Under the pieces are notes generated by a model. It ran no database searches. It was not told where the DNA came from and saw only the letters and a program-made list of their open reading frames with translations. Of a stretch of 26,758 nt of DNA, positions 10,590 to 21,130 are shown piece by piece. The position numbers were made by a program, and so were the translations under genes. The stretch's first letter is position 1. Every line of letters begins with the position of its first letter. The stretch lies in NCBI RefSeq assembly GCF_006345805.1, contig NW_021834125.1, positions 1-26,758 on the forward strand, in the 5' to 3' direction. The stretch comes from Octopus sinensis. Its lineage: Eukaryota.

Positions 10590-11062
10590 ATTATTATTAT
10601 TTCTCTTTATCAGAGGTTTTGTTGGAGGTCCTGAAGTCTTGCATGAGTAGCGGGTTTGCTACCTGCAACTTATGGTACCATGCTATCCATTCTTTTCAGC
10701 TATCTAATGCTTTCCCGATTATTCTGGAGGGAAACCTTTTGTAACAGTTCTACCGGGCACTCTATTTCAATTTTCTTCATTTTCCATAGCCGAGCTATAT
10801 CGTACATAAAGAGGAGTTGTATTTATCTGTTTTTTCGCCATCCTTCCTGACTATACGTGGGTCAAAGGGGAATGCAACATCAACTATATAGCATATGTGG
10901 TGCACTTTGTCCATCACTAATAGGTCTGTTATGCTCTAGCACCTGATATGTTTGGATTGCTAGTCTTCGACTCTGCCACTCTCTGCGATTTGTCCTCATA
11001 CCACGTCTTGCCTCTCTCTGGCCGCCCCCCTTTTCGCATAGTTTCCAATGTAACACTTTCGC
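10590..11062 (-). mobile_element. Fossil 3' end of an R4/Dong-clade non-LTR retrotransposon (RLE endonuclease domain), frameshifted
   Basis: Manual minus-strand translation across frameshifts: AKVLHWKLCEK / ERGKTWYEDKSQRVAES / AIQTYQVLEHNRP / LVMDKVHHICYIVDVAFPFDPRIVRKDGEKTDKYN / YDIARLWKMKKIE / SRIIGKALDS* (TGA at 10696-10698), then a short 3' UTR and an AAT tail. This matches the HNRPD..D..E..K..KY pattern of RLE-type LINEs. Confidence 0.88.
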
Positions 11063-11074
11063 TCTCTTTTACTA

Positions 11075-11200
11075 TTTTACTTGTTTCAGTCATTTGACTG
11101 CGGCCATGCTGTAGCACTGCCTTTAATCGAGCAACTCGACCCCGGTACTTATTCTTTTGTAAGCCCAGTACTTATTCTATCGGTCTCTTTTTGCCGATAT
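11075..11200 (-). mobile_element. Family D SINE tail
   Basis: Reverse complement of ccgatagaataagtactgggcttacaaaagaataagtaccggggtcgagttgctcgattaaaggcagtgctacagcatggccgcagtc. Confidence 0.8.
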
Positions 11201-11218
11201 TTATCATTATTATTATTA

Positions 11219-11290
<72 letters not shown>

Positions 11291-12469
11291 GTATCGTACT
11301 TATTGTGATAATTTCTTATCGATTGATTCTTTTTTCTGACAAAAGATGGTAACAAATACTGAAGGACAAAAAGAAGCACAAAGAGAGAATGAATACACAC
11401 GTAGACATACACAATACAACGTATGCGCAGACGTACAATACAACATACACTATACAACTCGCACAAATATAAGAACAACACACATACGGATATATATATA
11501 TAATACAAGGAACCATACGACACGTATACACACATACACAGAAACATAAAAGAATACTTTTTAAAAAATCGAAACAAAAAAATAAAATGTGAAAGGTTGA
11601 AGGCGAAAGTGGATCCCGTTAGAGATCGAACTCGCGTGTCACGGTTTTTGGGAAGGCAACAAAGGGTAGCAGTGGGAGGATGTGTGGCGGGGAAAAAGAG
11701 GGTGTCAATTGATCGTCATATTTACTGAACATATCTCTTGTCATATACACACGTAGACAAGTGATACGTAACATACACATATACCCAGTCACATACTAGA
11801 AACACGCGTATCTATATATATAAATACGCACACAGACACACATTGATAAATAGATAGATAGAGAGAGAGAAAGAGAGAGAGACAGTGATGCAGATAAACA
11901 CAATTAGGATACACGCACGTACATACACACACATACATTTATGTTGATGCACACAGTTATACATAGATACATATAACTACATATATTTATAAAGATAAAC
12001 CCATATATTCAAATACATTTACCTTGAGCCTAAAAAATAGAGAATAACAGACACATACAATACAGTAACAGACACATACATATATATATATACACAATCA
12101 TACACACAAATATATATCCTTACATCCCTATACGCATATACATGCTGGACGCGCCAACCAGCCAACCGGTAAACAAACAAACAATCTAACGAGCAAATCT
12201 ATTGTAATCCTTCCCTAAATTTAAGGATGGATGGGTTGGAGAAAGATCCTAGCGGACTCTGGTACCAACCCCTGCCATTCGCGCCACCACCGTCTATCTA
12301 TAGTGCCGCTGTTCTTGTGTAGTCTATTTACCGTGCAAATATGTAAGCATGTAGCAATCAGACCATGTCCAACGAAAGATCGGAACGAGGGAGGGCAGCA
12401 CGGTTCCTTTGACTACTGGGGCTTGCGAACTCGACCCACCAAAAGTAACAGTCAAATCTCCTAGCACCC

Positions 12470-12905
<436 letters not shown>

Positions 12906-13084
12906 AATGTGCGTAAGTGTATGTATAGGGCGAGGTCGGATTCTTTAGAAAACATAGTTCCTAATATATTTATTATTCATGAATAAGATGAGTTTGTTAC
13001 GGTTAGATTGTCTTTGATCCTAGATTTCATAGATTATATATCTGAATTGTGGTTGACCTGACGGACCGCGCCATTGAAAGGTAA

Positions 13085-13300
13085 TTGCTTGATCTGTCAA
13101 GAAATAACAGCTAAAACTCTTTCCTCTCACACTGGGATGTTTTTTTTAAATATTGGGAGCAACCCATAAAATAATGTCGTCCCTAAATACAAGAGACACG
13201 AAAAAGAGGAAGGAGACAGCTGAGATTGTCACGGTTGGAATGTATTTGATCAAAGAGACCTGACCAACTGGAGCAACGTAGCGACGTGGAGGGATAAGCG
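13085..13300 (+). mobile_element. Family E repeat, copy 3 (degenerate)
   Basis: aagaaataacagctaaaactct and gtcacggttggaatgtatttgatcaaa match the blocks at 7767/7861 and 8463/8660. Confidence 0.55.
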
Positions 13301-13719
13301 GTCATTAAGTAATCGCTTGACCCGCTGCTGATACCAGGTTTATTTTCAACAGACATCACTCTAGTAACATACATGTGTGTGTGTGTGTGTTTTACTAGAG
13401 ACGTGAAGTAATTCGTTTTCGACTGTAGAGCTCGAAGTAGATAAAGCTATAAACAACAACGTGTAAATCTTGTGTTAAAAAAGTTTCTAAATTCTGATGA
13501 TGCCAACAAGACAATTCTGGCTGGTGAGAACAAATCTTCTAAAATAGAGTCACAAATGGGAAGAATTGCTTTGGTTCAACGGCAGAAAGTCTCTCATGTT
13601 TACAGCAAATATCGGTTCGATTCCCATGAGCACCCTTCGCCCCCTTTTTTTTAAAAGTTTTTTTTTTACCAAATAACTATATGTTATGATTTGTAGCTTT
13701 ATATACTTCGGAAATGTGA

Positions 13720-13900
13720 CCGCGTGTGTACCGTTGGCGATTTTTTTTTCCTCTGTCTCCTATGTTTCCGACGAAGAGCTCCGCTCGAAACGTTAAACCC
13801 TCCTTCTTTCCTTCTTTCCTGGGCGTCCAATAATACTGTATTTGTTCCATGTCCTCACGTTGTTGTGTTTTTTTTGTGCTTTCATGTTTGGATTAACTTT
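13720..13900 (+). mobile_element. Penelope-like element terminal-repeat fragment ending at (TA)n
   Basis: Homologous in reverse to 26298-26470 (shared tatt..tgg.cgc.caggaaa..tttaacgtttcgagc..gctcttc); contains a hammerhead-like motif and abuts (TA)n at about 13900. Confidence 0.65.
13764..13798 (+). ncRNA. Minimal type I hammerhead-ribozyme-like motif
   Basis: GUUU | CCGACGA | A | GAGC-UCC-GCUC | GAA ACGU | U | AAAC. Stem I is GUUU/AAAC, stem II has 4 bp, stem III is the palindrome ACGU, and the core has U4C relative to CUGANGA. Confidence 0.6.
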
Positions 13901-13924
13901 ATATATATATATATTATAGAGAGG

Positions 13925-13943
13925 AGATAGATAGAGATAGATT

Positions 13944-13980
<37 letters not shown>
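13925..13980. repeat. (GATA)/(GA)n microsatellite
   Basis: Direct reading. Confidence 0.9.
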
Positions 13981-13982
<2 letters not shown>

Positions 13983-14652
13983 GGAGATAGGTAGATAGAT
14001 ATGAGGTTTCAATAATATGTTCTACATGTCTATATATGAACATTTACTAAATGGTAGGAATTAGTTAATAATTCCTAACAAAAAAAAAATGTATTTGAAA
14101 TACAAAAGGTTTTACAATACACAATGGAGCCTGAAATATTTAAAGTATGACGACATAAAAAAAAGCTTTGTTACTTGGCTGAAACTTGTTTTGAAGAACA
14201 TTCCCAGGGTTAAAAGTGACTTAAGTTAGCATAAAATATAGGGTGGTAAGATGTTGTCACTGCCAAGAAATACCAGAGTGAGAAAAAAAAAAAGAAGTAA
14301 AAAAATAAATTGCAATCTAAAATAAAATAAAATAAAATCACAAATTGTCGATTAAATTGACACCGCTAGCTGACGTTTACATTATTTATCGACAGACATA
14401 CATTAGAAACAACCTGGGTGGGATTTGAGCGCTGAACGTAAATTGATGAAAGTAAATGATGCCAGGGGGTAGTTTCTTTATCTAACACCCCTACCAATTC
14501 TGCAATCCACCACCTTCCTCCCAATTATATGAAAAAAAAACATTTATAAAAAAAAACTTTATAAATAGCAATAAAAAAATAAACTAGAATGCGCATTCAT
14601 TCAATGTCTGTAAAATATTCGAAGAAATAAAATCCAAAAGGAAAACCCCAAA

Positions 14653-14715
14653 TTCTTCTTCTTCTTCTTCTTCTTCTTCTTCTTCTTCTTCTCCTCCTCC
14701 TTCTTCTTCTTCTTC

Positions 14716-14747
<32 letters not shown>

Positions 14748-14915
14748 CTTCTTCTCTTCTTCTTCTCCTTCTTCTTCTCTTCTTCTTCTTCTTCTCCTTC
14801 TTCTTCTTCTGCTTTCTTCTTCTTCTTCTTCTTCTCCTTTTCTTCTTCTTTCTTCTTCTTCTTCTTCTTCTCCTCTATTCTTCTTCTTCTTTTCTTCTTT
14901 CTTCTTCTCCTTCTT
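14653..14915. repeat. About 260 bp interrupted (CTT)n polypyrimidine tract
   Basis: Direct reading; source of the spurious Arg/Lys/Glu ORF at 14597-14938. Confidence 0.97.
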
Positions 14916-14974
14916 TCTGCCTTTCCTTCCCTCCCCATGTTTTTCTATTTTTCATCTTCCCCTAGCCCCGGCAC

Positions 14975-15125
14975 TTTTAAGTATACCGTCATCGTCAACT
15001 TTGCCTTTCATCCTTCCAGGGTCGATACAATAAAGTACCAGTCAATCACAAGAATCGATACGATCGTCTAACCCCTACTCAACAAGTTTCAGACCTCATT
15101 CGCATATTAAAGACAATCATTATTA
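14975..15125 (+). mobile_element. Degenerate family A SINE fragment
   Basis: gtcaactttgcctttcatccttccagggtcgatacaataaagtaccagtc. Confidence 0.8.
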
Positions 15126-15777
15126 GCTATATTTGTTTTAGTATTATCCACGTTTTTCGTTTCGTTTTAAAAAAATTTTGTTCGTCCGACATGTCACTGA
15201 AGATGACCAGATTAGAATCTTTAATGTTTGTGGGTCCTGAGCTGGTTTATTAGGCTAACCTTAGCTTAAAATCCACGCTTACAAAGGGGGGCATGTAATA
15301 GATTTATGACCCGGTGGGGTTCTAACTTTTCATGCAACCTTCCTCTCTTTTAGTTTCTCTGATCAATACTGATTCTGACAGAGTTCACCCCATACGCCAG
15401 GGGGCGATCTCGAGCAAGATGTTCCCATGCAGACTTGTATGAATTGGTATAAATACAATGATTGCATTGATGAATCCATAACAGCCGTAGTAGAATCCAG
15501 ATGTATCCACATGCAGATAGTTTTTCATCACTCAGTTTAATCCTACCACGTCACTCTCGAATGCTTAAAAACATTCGCGTGAAGCCTTTTGTTTAAGTTT
15601 ATTTCAGGCTCCTGCTCTTCTCACAAGTCCCAGAAGCTTTGTAAAGGGACAAGGAACTTTCTCTTTTTCTATGGTCAGGAATCTAAAGAAATGGATGACA
15701 CGGTCTCCACCAGGAAAACATAATTCATAAAATCATGTTGATGGGAAAAATATCCCATAAAATGAGATGTAACAAAG

Positions 15778-15808
15778 TCGACGTTTCGTACAGTCGTGCT
15801 TCTTCAAT
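15778..15808 (-). ncRNA. Degenerate hammerhead-like motif
   Basis: Minus strand UUGAAGA | A | GCAC-GACU-GUAC | GAA ACGU | C. Stem II has one mismatch and no stem I was found. Confidence 0.3.
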
Positions 15809-16599
15809 TTAGAACATTATAGAAACCTAATTTTAAACTATATATTAGTTCTAACATTAAATATCAAGGTAGAGCATTCTCGATTAAGTCATCTCTAAAC
15901 GACAACGATTGGATTTAGTGGGAGAAGGATCTGCTCAGACAAATGGAGAAGGTTTCAACTCCACTGGTCTTAAATCATCACCATCATTATCCAAGATCGT
16001 TAAAATACTAAAAGTATGGATGAAAAGCAAAGGTAATCGCTACATACATACATACATACATACATACATACATACACACACACACATATACCAATAATAA
16101 TTGGAGCACTGTGTTTTGTTAGTAAATGCTTAAAGGAGAATCTGGATGGGATTTTCAGAAAGAGAAATCGACTGGATAATTCGTCCATTACAAGTGCAAT
16201 CTGTGAGTGGAACAGTAAAAATATGCAAGACTTTTCTCAAGTTCTAAATATGAATTTGTCTGTGTTAGCTACATCCCAGAGATGGAGATTTGTATCTTTG
16301 TTGGAAACTGACAGTGGATGATTTGTAATAATCAAAAAATAGAAAGACAAACATGCATGCATACATCCATACATTCATGCATACATGCATACATATATAT
16401 ATATATACATATATGCACATATACATACATAATTGTATAGAGAGGTAGGTACATACATACATACATACATACATACATACATACACGCATGTCACACGAG
16501 AGCCTTGTATCTTTGTTGGAAACCGACTCCCTCCTCAGGGGATGATTTATAATATTTAAAAAATAGAAGAGACATGCATACATACATACATACACGCAT

Positions 16600-16770
16600 G
16601 CCACGGTATCGACCAGTCTGTCTGGTGTTGTTATACATCGCTGGTCACAATGTGCTTCCCATTGCTTTAGTCTCCGAACGATGCCACTCCGTTGGCTAGG
16701 CGACCAGGGTAACATTCTCCTTGATCGGGAGGCAATTCCGTCGCAATTTTATCCATTTACAGCTGAGTGG
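16600..16770 (-). mobile_element. 5'-truncated CORE-type SINE body and tail
   Basis: Minus strand starts ccactcagctgtaaatggata, the CORE-like block also seen at 2370-2395 and 4040-4060. Confidence 0.6.
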
Positions 16771-16930
16771 TGGCCGGTGGCTTAGTGGTTAGGGTGCTGG
16801 ACTGATGATCATAAGATTGTGGTTTCGATTCCTGGACCGGACGACACGTTGCGTTCTCGTGCAAAAACACTTCATTTCACGTTACTCCAGTCCACGCCGT
16901 TGGCAAAAGTGAGTAACCCTGCAATGGACT
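16771..16930 (+). mobile_element. tRNA-derived CORE-type SINE (family B)
   Basis: gtggcttagtggttagggtgc (A-box) ... gtttcgattcc (B-box) ... aacacttcatttcacgttactccagtccac. Confidence 0.82.
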
Positions 16931-16947
16931 CACCATCATCATCGTCG

Positions 16948-17000
<53 letters not shown>

Positions 17001-17050
17001 GTCATCATCATCATCATCATCATCATCACCGTCGTCGCCGTCGTCGTCAT
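16931..17050. repeat. (CAT)n/(CGT)n microsatellite
   Basis: Direct reading; source of the poly-Ser, poly-Asp and poly-Met ORFs. Confidence 0.97.
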
Positions 17051-17325
17051 CTTTGTCATTGCCCCACGCCCACAAGCAGAGGAGATTATAATAAAATTCA
17101 TACCACTTTCAAATAATTACAACAACAAATGCATAATTAATAAATGAATAAATAAAAGAAAAGTAAAAAAAGAAAAATAATTTATGCAAATTATATTATT
17201 TCCTCGATAATCTCTTCGCTAATTAACCGGTGGCATGGTTAATATTTTAAAGTTTGGCACGAAATGCCAGTCAAGCTTTCAAACACACACTGGCGCGCGC
17301 GCATAAACACACGAACATCACTCAT

Positions 17326-17329
<4 letters not shown>

Positions 17330-17416
<87 letters not shown>

Positions 17417-17465
17417 ATATATATACATAATGCATACATACACCACATATATATATATATACATA

Positions 17466-17560
<95 letters not shown>
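17330..17560. repeat. (TA)n/(CTAT)n array
   Basis: Direct reading. Confidence 0.97.
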
Positions 17561-17564
<4 letters not shown>

Positions 17565-17732
17565 CGTTTATATATTCGTTTTGCAAGATACTTGATGTCA
17601 ATTCGTGTGTTCAAAAAGATATTGTTGTATTGGGGACGGTCATGTTGCCAGTTAGCCAATGAAAACACACGCACTGTATATTTGGTGTTCACTTGCTTCA
17701 GCTCTATTTTTTAATATAATTGTATTTCGGCC

Positions 17733-17773
17733 AGAGTTTTTTCGTCGCACTTCTGTGACCTCATCAGTGCTCC
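17733..17773 (-). ncRNA. Hammerhead-like motif with canonical core, inside a short element (about 17560-17824) between two (TA)n arrays
   Basis: Minus strand CUGAUGA (17767-17761) | G | GUCACA-GAAG-UGCGAC | GAAA. Stem II has 5 of 6 pairs; stems III and I are degraded (GAAA followed by AAACUCU). Confidence 0.5.
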
Positions 17774-17853
17774 TTTGCTTTCTCTTTTCTTTTTTGCGTG
17801 GCTCCCCTTACTAATGAGCTGCCATATATATATATATATATATATAATATATA

Positions 17854-17886
<33 letters not shown>

Positions 17887-18407
17887 CACGTCACAATTTC
17901 GACTCCGGTTTTTGATTATCATTGGTCTGAAGTTGTAGGAAGCATTCTCAAAACCATGCGATCGGATTTAAACATAATAATTGTAAAGAACAAGGGAGAC
18001 ATCTGGTTCTTAAACCAGGACATAGAAATTTGAAACTAAGCGCCATATACCTAAGACGGTCAGGTTGTAGAATCTTGAGGGTGTTGTACAAAAGGTTTAA
18101 CAGCATTTCTTCCACCTCTTTACATTCTGAGTTCAAACTCCTTATCCCTTTGGTGACCAGTAAGTCGTGGGGACGTTGTAACCGATTTACTCCTCCCTTC
18201 AAAATTGTTAGCTTTGAACCCTGCAACGGAGCGTCGTCCCGTTTAGTGAAGAATGTTGGGGTTTTAGCCCCTTATATACAGCATGGAAAACGGCTAGACG
18301 GCCTAATGCATCCTAGGAACATAAAGCCGGTTACCCGATTTCCAAGCCAACTTCCTCATCTTTCGGTGCCAATAAGCGAAGTATTTGGATCGTTTATTAT
18401 TATTATT

Positions 18408-18880
18408 GAGTGAGAGAGCAGTACATGTATCAAAGTAAAGAATATACGAAGCCCAATATGACTAACCAGACACATGTATCACAACCATATATGCGCTACA
18501 TGGTGATCTCAAACAATGCATGACCTTGCAGGTGGAGCCCAGTTAAAATTTTCTTCGAGTCGAGTAGCCCATTCCGCTCAAACGGTCTCTGAATAAGTGT
18601 TGCTTAAGGTTGATGAACAGAGGTGAATTATTCAAACCCCAAAGAAACCCTTTCAACACATGGCTGTGATGCTCCCCGACTACTCCTGCTCAAAGATGCA
18701 CATATTGTCAGCCACTAAAGGACTTGCTCAACTGGTTATGGTCAATCAACTGATAAGTAAATTTGTGGTATTGAGCAGAATATTTGCTGCAGCCCATCTT
18801 TTTTACCAAGACAAAACATTGTACATGATAACACTTCCAATCGATCAAGATTAGAAGCCATGACAGCCACTGCCTGTTAC
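18408..18880 (-). mobile_element. (AAT)n-tailed retroposon copy
   Basis: Collinear with 9596-10038 and 23445-23985; (ATT)n at 18394-18406. Confidence 0.85.
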
Positions 18881-18892
18881 AGCATCCAGGAA

Positions 18893-18937
<45 letters not shown>

Positions 18938-18939
18938 TT

Positions 18940-19115
18940 AAGGTGGCGAGCTGGCAGAATCATTAGCACGCCGAGCATAATACTTAGCGGCATTTCGTCC
19001 GTCTTCGCGTTCTGAGTTCAAATTCCGCAGAGGAAGTACCAGTTGAACACTGGGGTCGATGTAATCGATTCATCGCCTCTCCAAAATTGCTGCCCTTCTG
19101 GCATAATTTGAAACC
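18940..19115 (+). mobile_element. Family A SINE with an internal deletion of about 45 bp
   Basis: aaattccgcagagg is joined directly to aagtaccagttgaacactgggg. Confidence 0.88.
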
Positions 19116-19134
19116 ATCATCATCGTCATTGTCA

Positions 19135-19220
19135 TCGTCGTCTTCTTCTTCTTCTTCTTCTTCTTCTTCTTCTTCTTCTTCTTCTTCTTCTTCTTCTTCT
19201 TCTTCTTCGTCTTCTTCTTT
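19135..19220. repeat. (CTT)n microsatellite
   Basis: Direct reading. Confidence 0.95.
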
Positions 19221-19404
19221 CCTCCTGGAATAAATCAGTTATATTTTTCAGCTCAAATCCACCCCCCACCCCCTGCACATAGACGCTTTATATTCTCACA
19301 ATCCAACTCGCGGTACTAAACCTCCATCCTACCAAAAATGTAAAACTTTCCTTTAGTATAAAACCTTGTATGAAATTCTTCTCTAGATTATCTTTTTGGT
19401 TTAC

Positions 19405-19495
19405 CAATTCCATAATTTCCACGATTTCTTTGTCGCCATCGCCCTCTCGTGATCGCCATTGCTGTCTTTGCCGTTCTTGTTTCCATTTTCTCTTT
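19405..19495 (-). other. Candidate 91-nt exon of an unidentified gene
   Basis: Acceptor ttgtctgcttgcag| (AG at 19497-19496) and donor TTG|GTAAAC (GT at 19404-19403). The segment is purine-rich and GC-richer than its flanks and contains ATGs (METRTAKTAMAITRGRWRQ.. or MATKKSWKLWN..). No family recognised. Confidence 0.25.
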
Positions 19496-19861
19496 CTGCA
19501 AGCAGACAATAATTCCAGCTTCCAATTTCCAATTTCCAATTTCTAAATATCCATTTGCGTTAAACGAAATTTTCAAAAGCTATTTATTTCAATTAAAAAC
19601 CTAACCAAAAACAAAACAAAACGAAACGAAAATATCAACAACCATTCCCTTATTTCATAACAACAATAACGTAATAAAAACAAGTAAACATACCAAAGCA
19701 ACAATATAAAATATACAAATAAATAACAACAAAATTACGATAAAAACTCCCAAACAAAAGAAAACAAACATTAACAAACAAGCAGATCATATAAATATTT
19801 TATATAATTAAGTTTTAATAACAATTTTCTGTTGGTAATAAATAAATAAGCTCGACTCCTC

Positions 19862-19960
19862 TTTGCTAACAGACGGTGTCATAGCAACTTCCGGTTTGCT
19901 AACAATTTGTCGGTTTTGCTTTCATTGGCTTTATTTGTTTCAATGTCTGAGTTTTATTGG
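19862..19960 (-). promoter_or_regulatory. Promoter-like module: RFX X-box, ETS site and two CCAAT boxes
   Basis: ggtgtcatagcaac 19875-19888 (13/14 match to GTHNYYATRRNAAC); acttccggt 19887-19895 (ACCGGAAGT on minus); ATTGG at 19924 and 19956 (AGCCAATGA and AACCAATAA on minus, 32 bp apart); 10-bp direct repeat tttgctaaca at 19862 and 19895. Confidence 0.5.
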
Positions 19961-20249
19961 TTTCTATTTTCAATCTGGTTTAAACATAAATGAAGCAGAA
20001 AAGATAATGATCGCCATGACTGGCATAAATGCTGCCTGTGTGTGTGTGTGTGTGTGTGTGTGTATGATTAATGTATGGCGTCCGCTAGATTGCTGCTTGT
20101 AAATCGTAGCGCTTAATTAATTAGACATTTAATTGAGGTTGGGATTAGCTTAGTTAGCTATTTATAACCGCAACAGGCAACTAAGACGAGAGCAAATTCA
20201 ATGATAATTATAACAACAGCAGTAATAACAATATTAATTTATCATCCTC

Positions 20250-20257
20250 ATTATTAA

Positions 20258-20295
<38 letters not shown>

Positions 20296-20321
20296 CATCA
20301 TCATTATTATCATTATTATTA

Positions 20322-20352
<31 letters not shown>

Positions 20353-20383
20353 CATCATTATTATCATTATATTATTATTATTA

Positions 20384-20440
<57 letters not shown>
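20250..20440. repeat. (ATT)n/(ATC)n array
   Basis: Direct reading. Confidence 0.97.
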
Positions 20441-20443
<3 letters not shown>

Positions 20444-20672
20444 AGCGGCGAGCCGGCAGAATCATTAGCGTGCCGGGCGAAATGCGTAGCCGTATTTCGT
20501 CTGCAGTTACGTTCTGAGTTCAAATTCCGCCGATGTCGACTTAGCCTTTCATCCTTTCGGGGTCGATAAATTAAGTACCAGTTACGCACTGGAGTCGATG
20601 TAATCGACTTAATCCGTTTGTCTGTCCTTGTTTGTCCTCTCTGTGTTTAGCCCCTTGTGGGTAGTAAAGAAA
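20441..20672 (+). mobile_element. Full-length family A SINE, young subtype (monomer)
   Basis: gcggcgagccggcagaatcattagc ... gagttcaaattccgcc ... gggtagtaaagaaata. Confidence 0.92.
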
Positions 20673-21130
20673 TATATACTTCTTTCAGGAACTGTCGAAT
20701 GTGTTGAATATTATTTCTCTAGTAAATTACGAATTATTGTTGTAAATGGTGTTTTGTTATTGTCATTTAAATCTGCATTTTCACTTCATTTTTGTTTTTT
20801 AATTTTGTGCTTCTCAAAACATAATTATCTCTATTTATAATCGCGTGTATATAACTGTAATTAGATATTTCAAAACCCTGATTTTGCATTTTCAAAAATA
20901 GACGACCGTCTCTTCCTGTTACTCCAGAAATAGTCATACTGCACCACTAATAACCAGAAACAAAGTGGATATTTTGTAGAAATAAGCAGACACAACAATA
21001 CATATTTAAGAATGAATCTCTTCCCATTTCAGGGTAATGGGGTGAACGTTTACATATTTCAAATACTTCATTCCGGAAAAAAAATATCTGTTAAGTGGAT
21101 CTCTAAAAAAACGTGACTATTTTTCGAAAT

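Noticed and set aside
15360-15730. Short open frames (e.g. ..WYKYNDCIDES.., and APALLTSPRSF.. after a tttcag acceptor)
   Set aside because: About 40 codons each, with no recognisable family and no matching donor; within chance expectation.
19460-19500. KRKWKQE resembling the homeodomain helix 3 end
   Set aside because: It lacks the invariant R53 and any WFQNR upstream; chance similarity.
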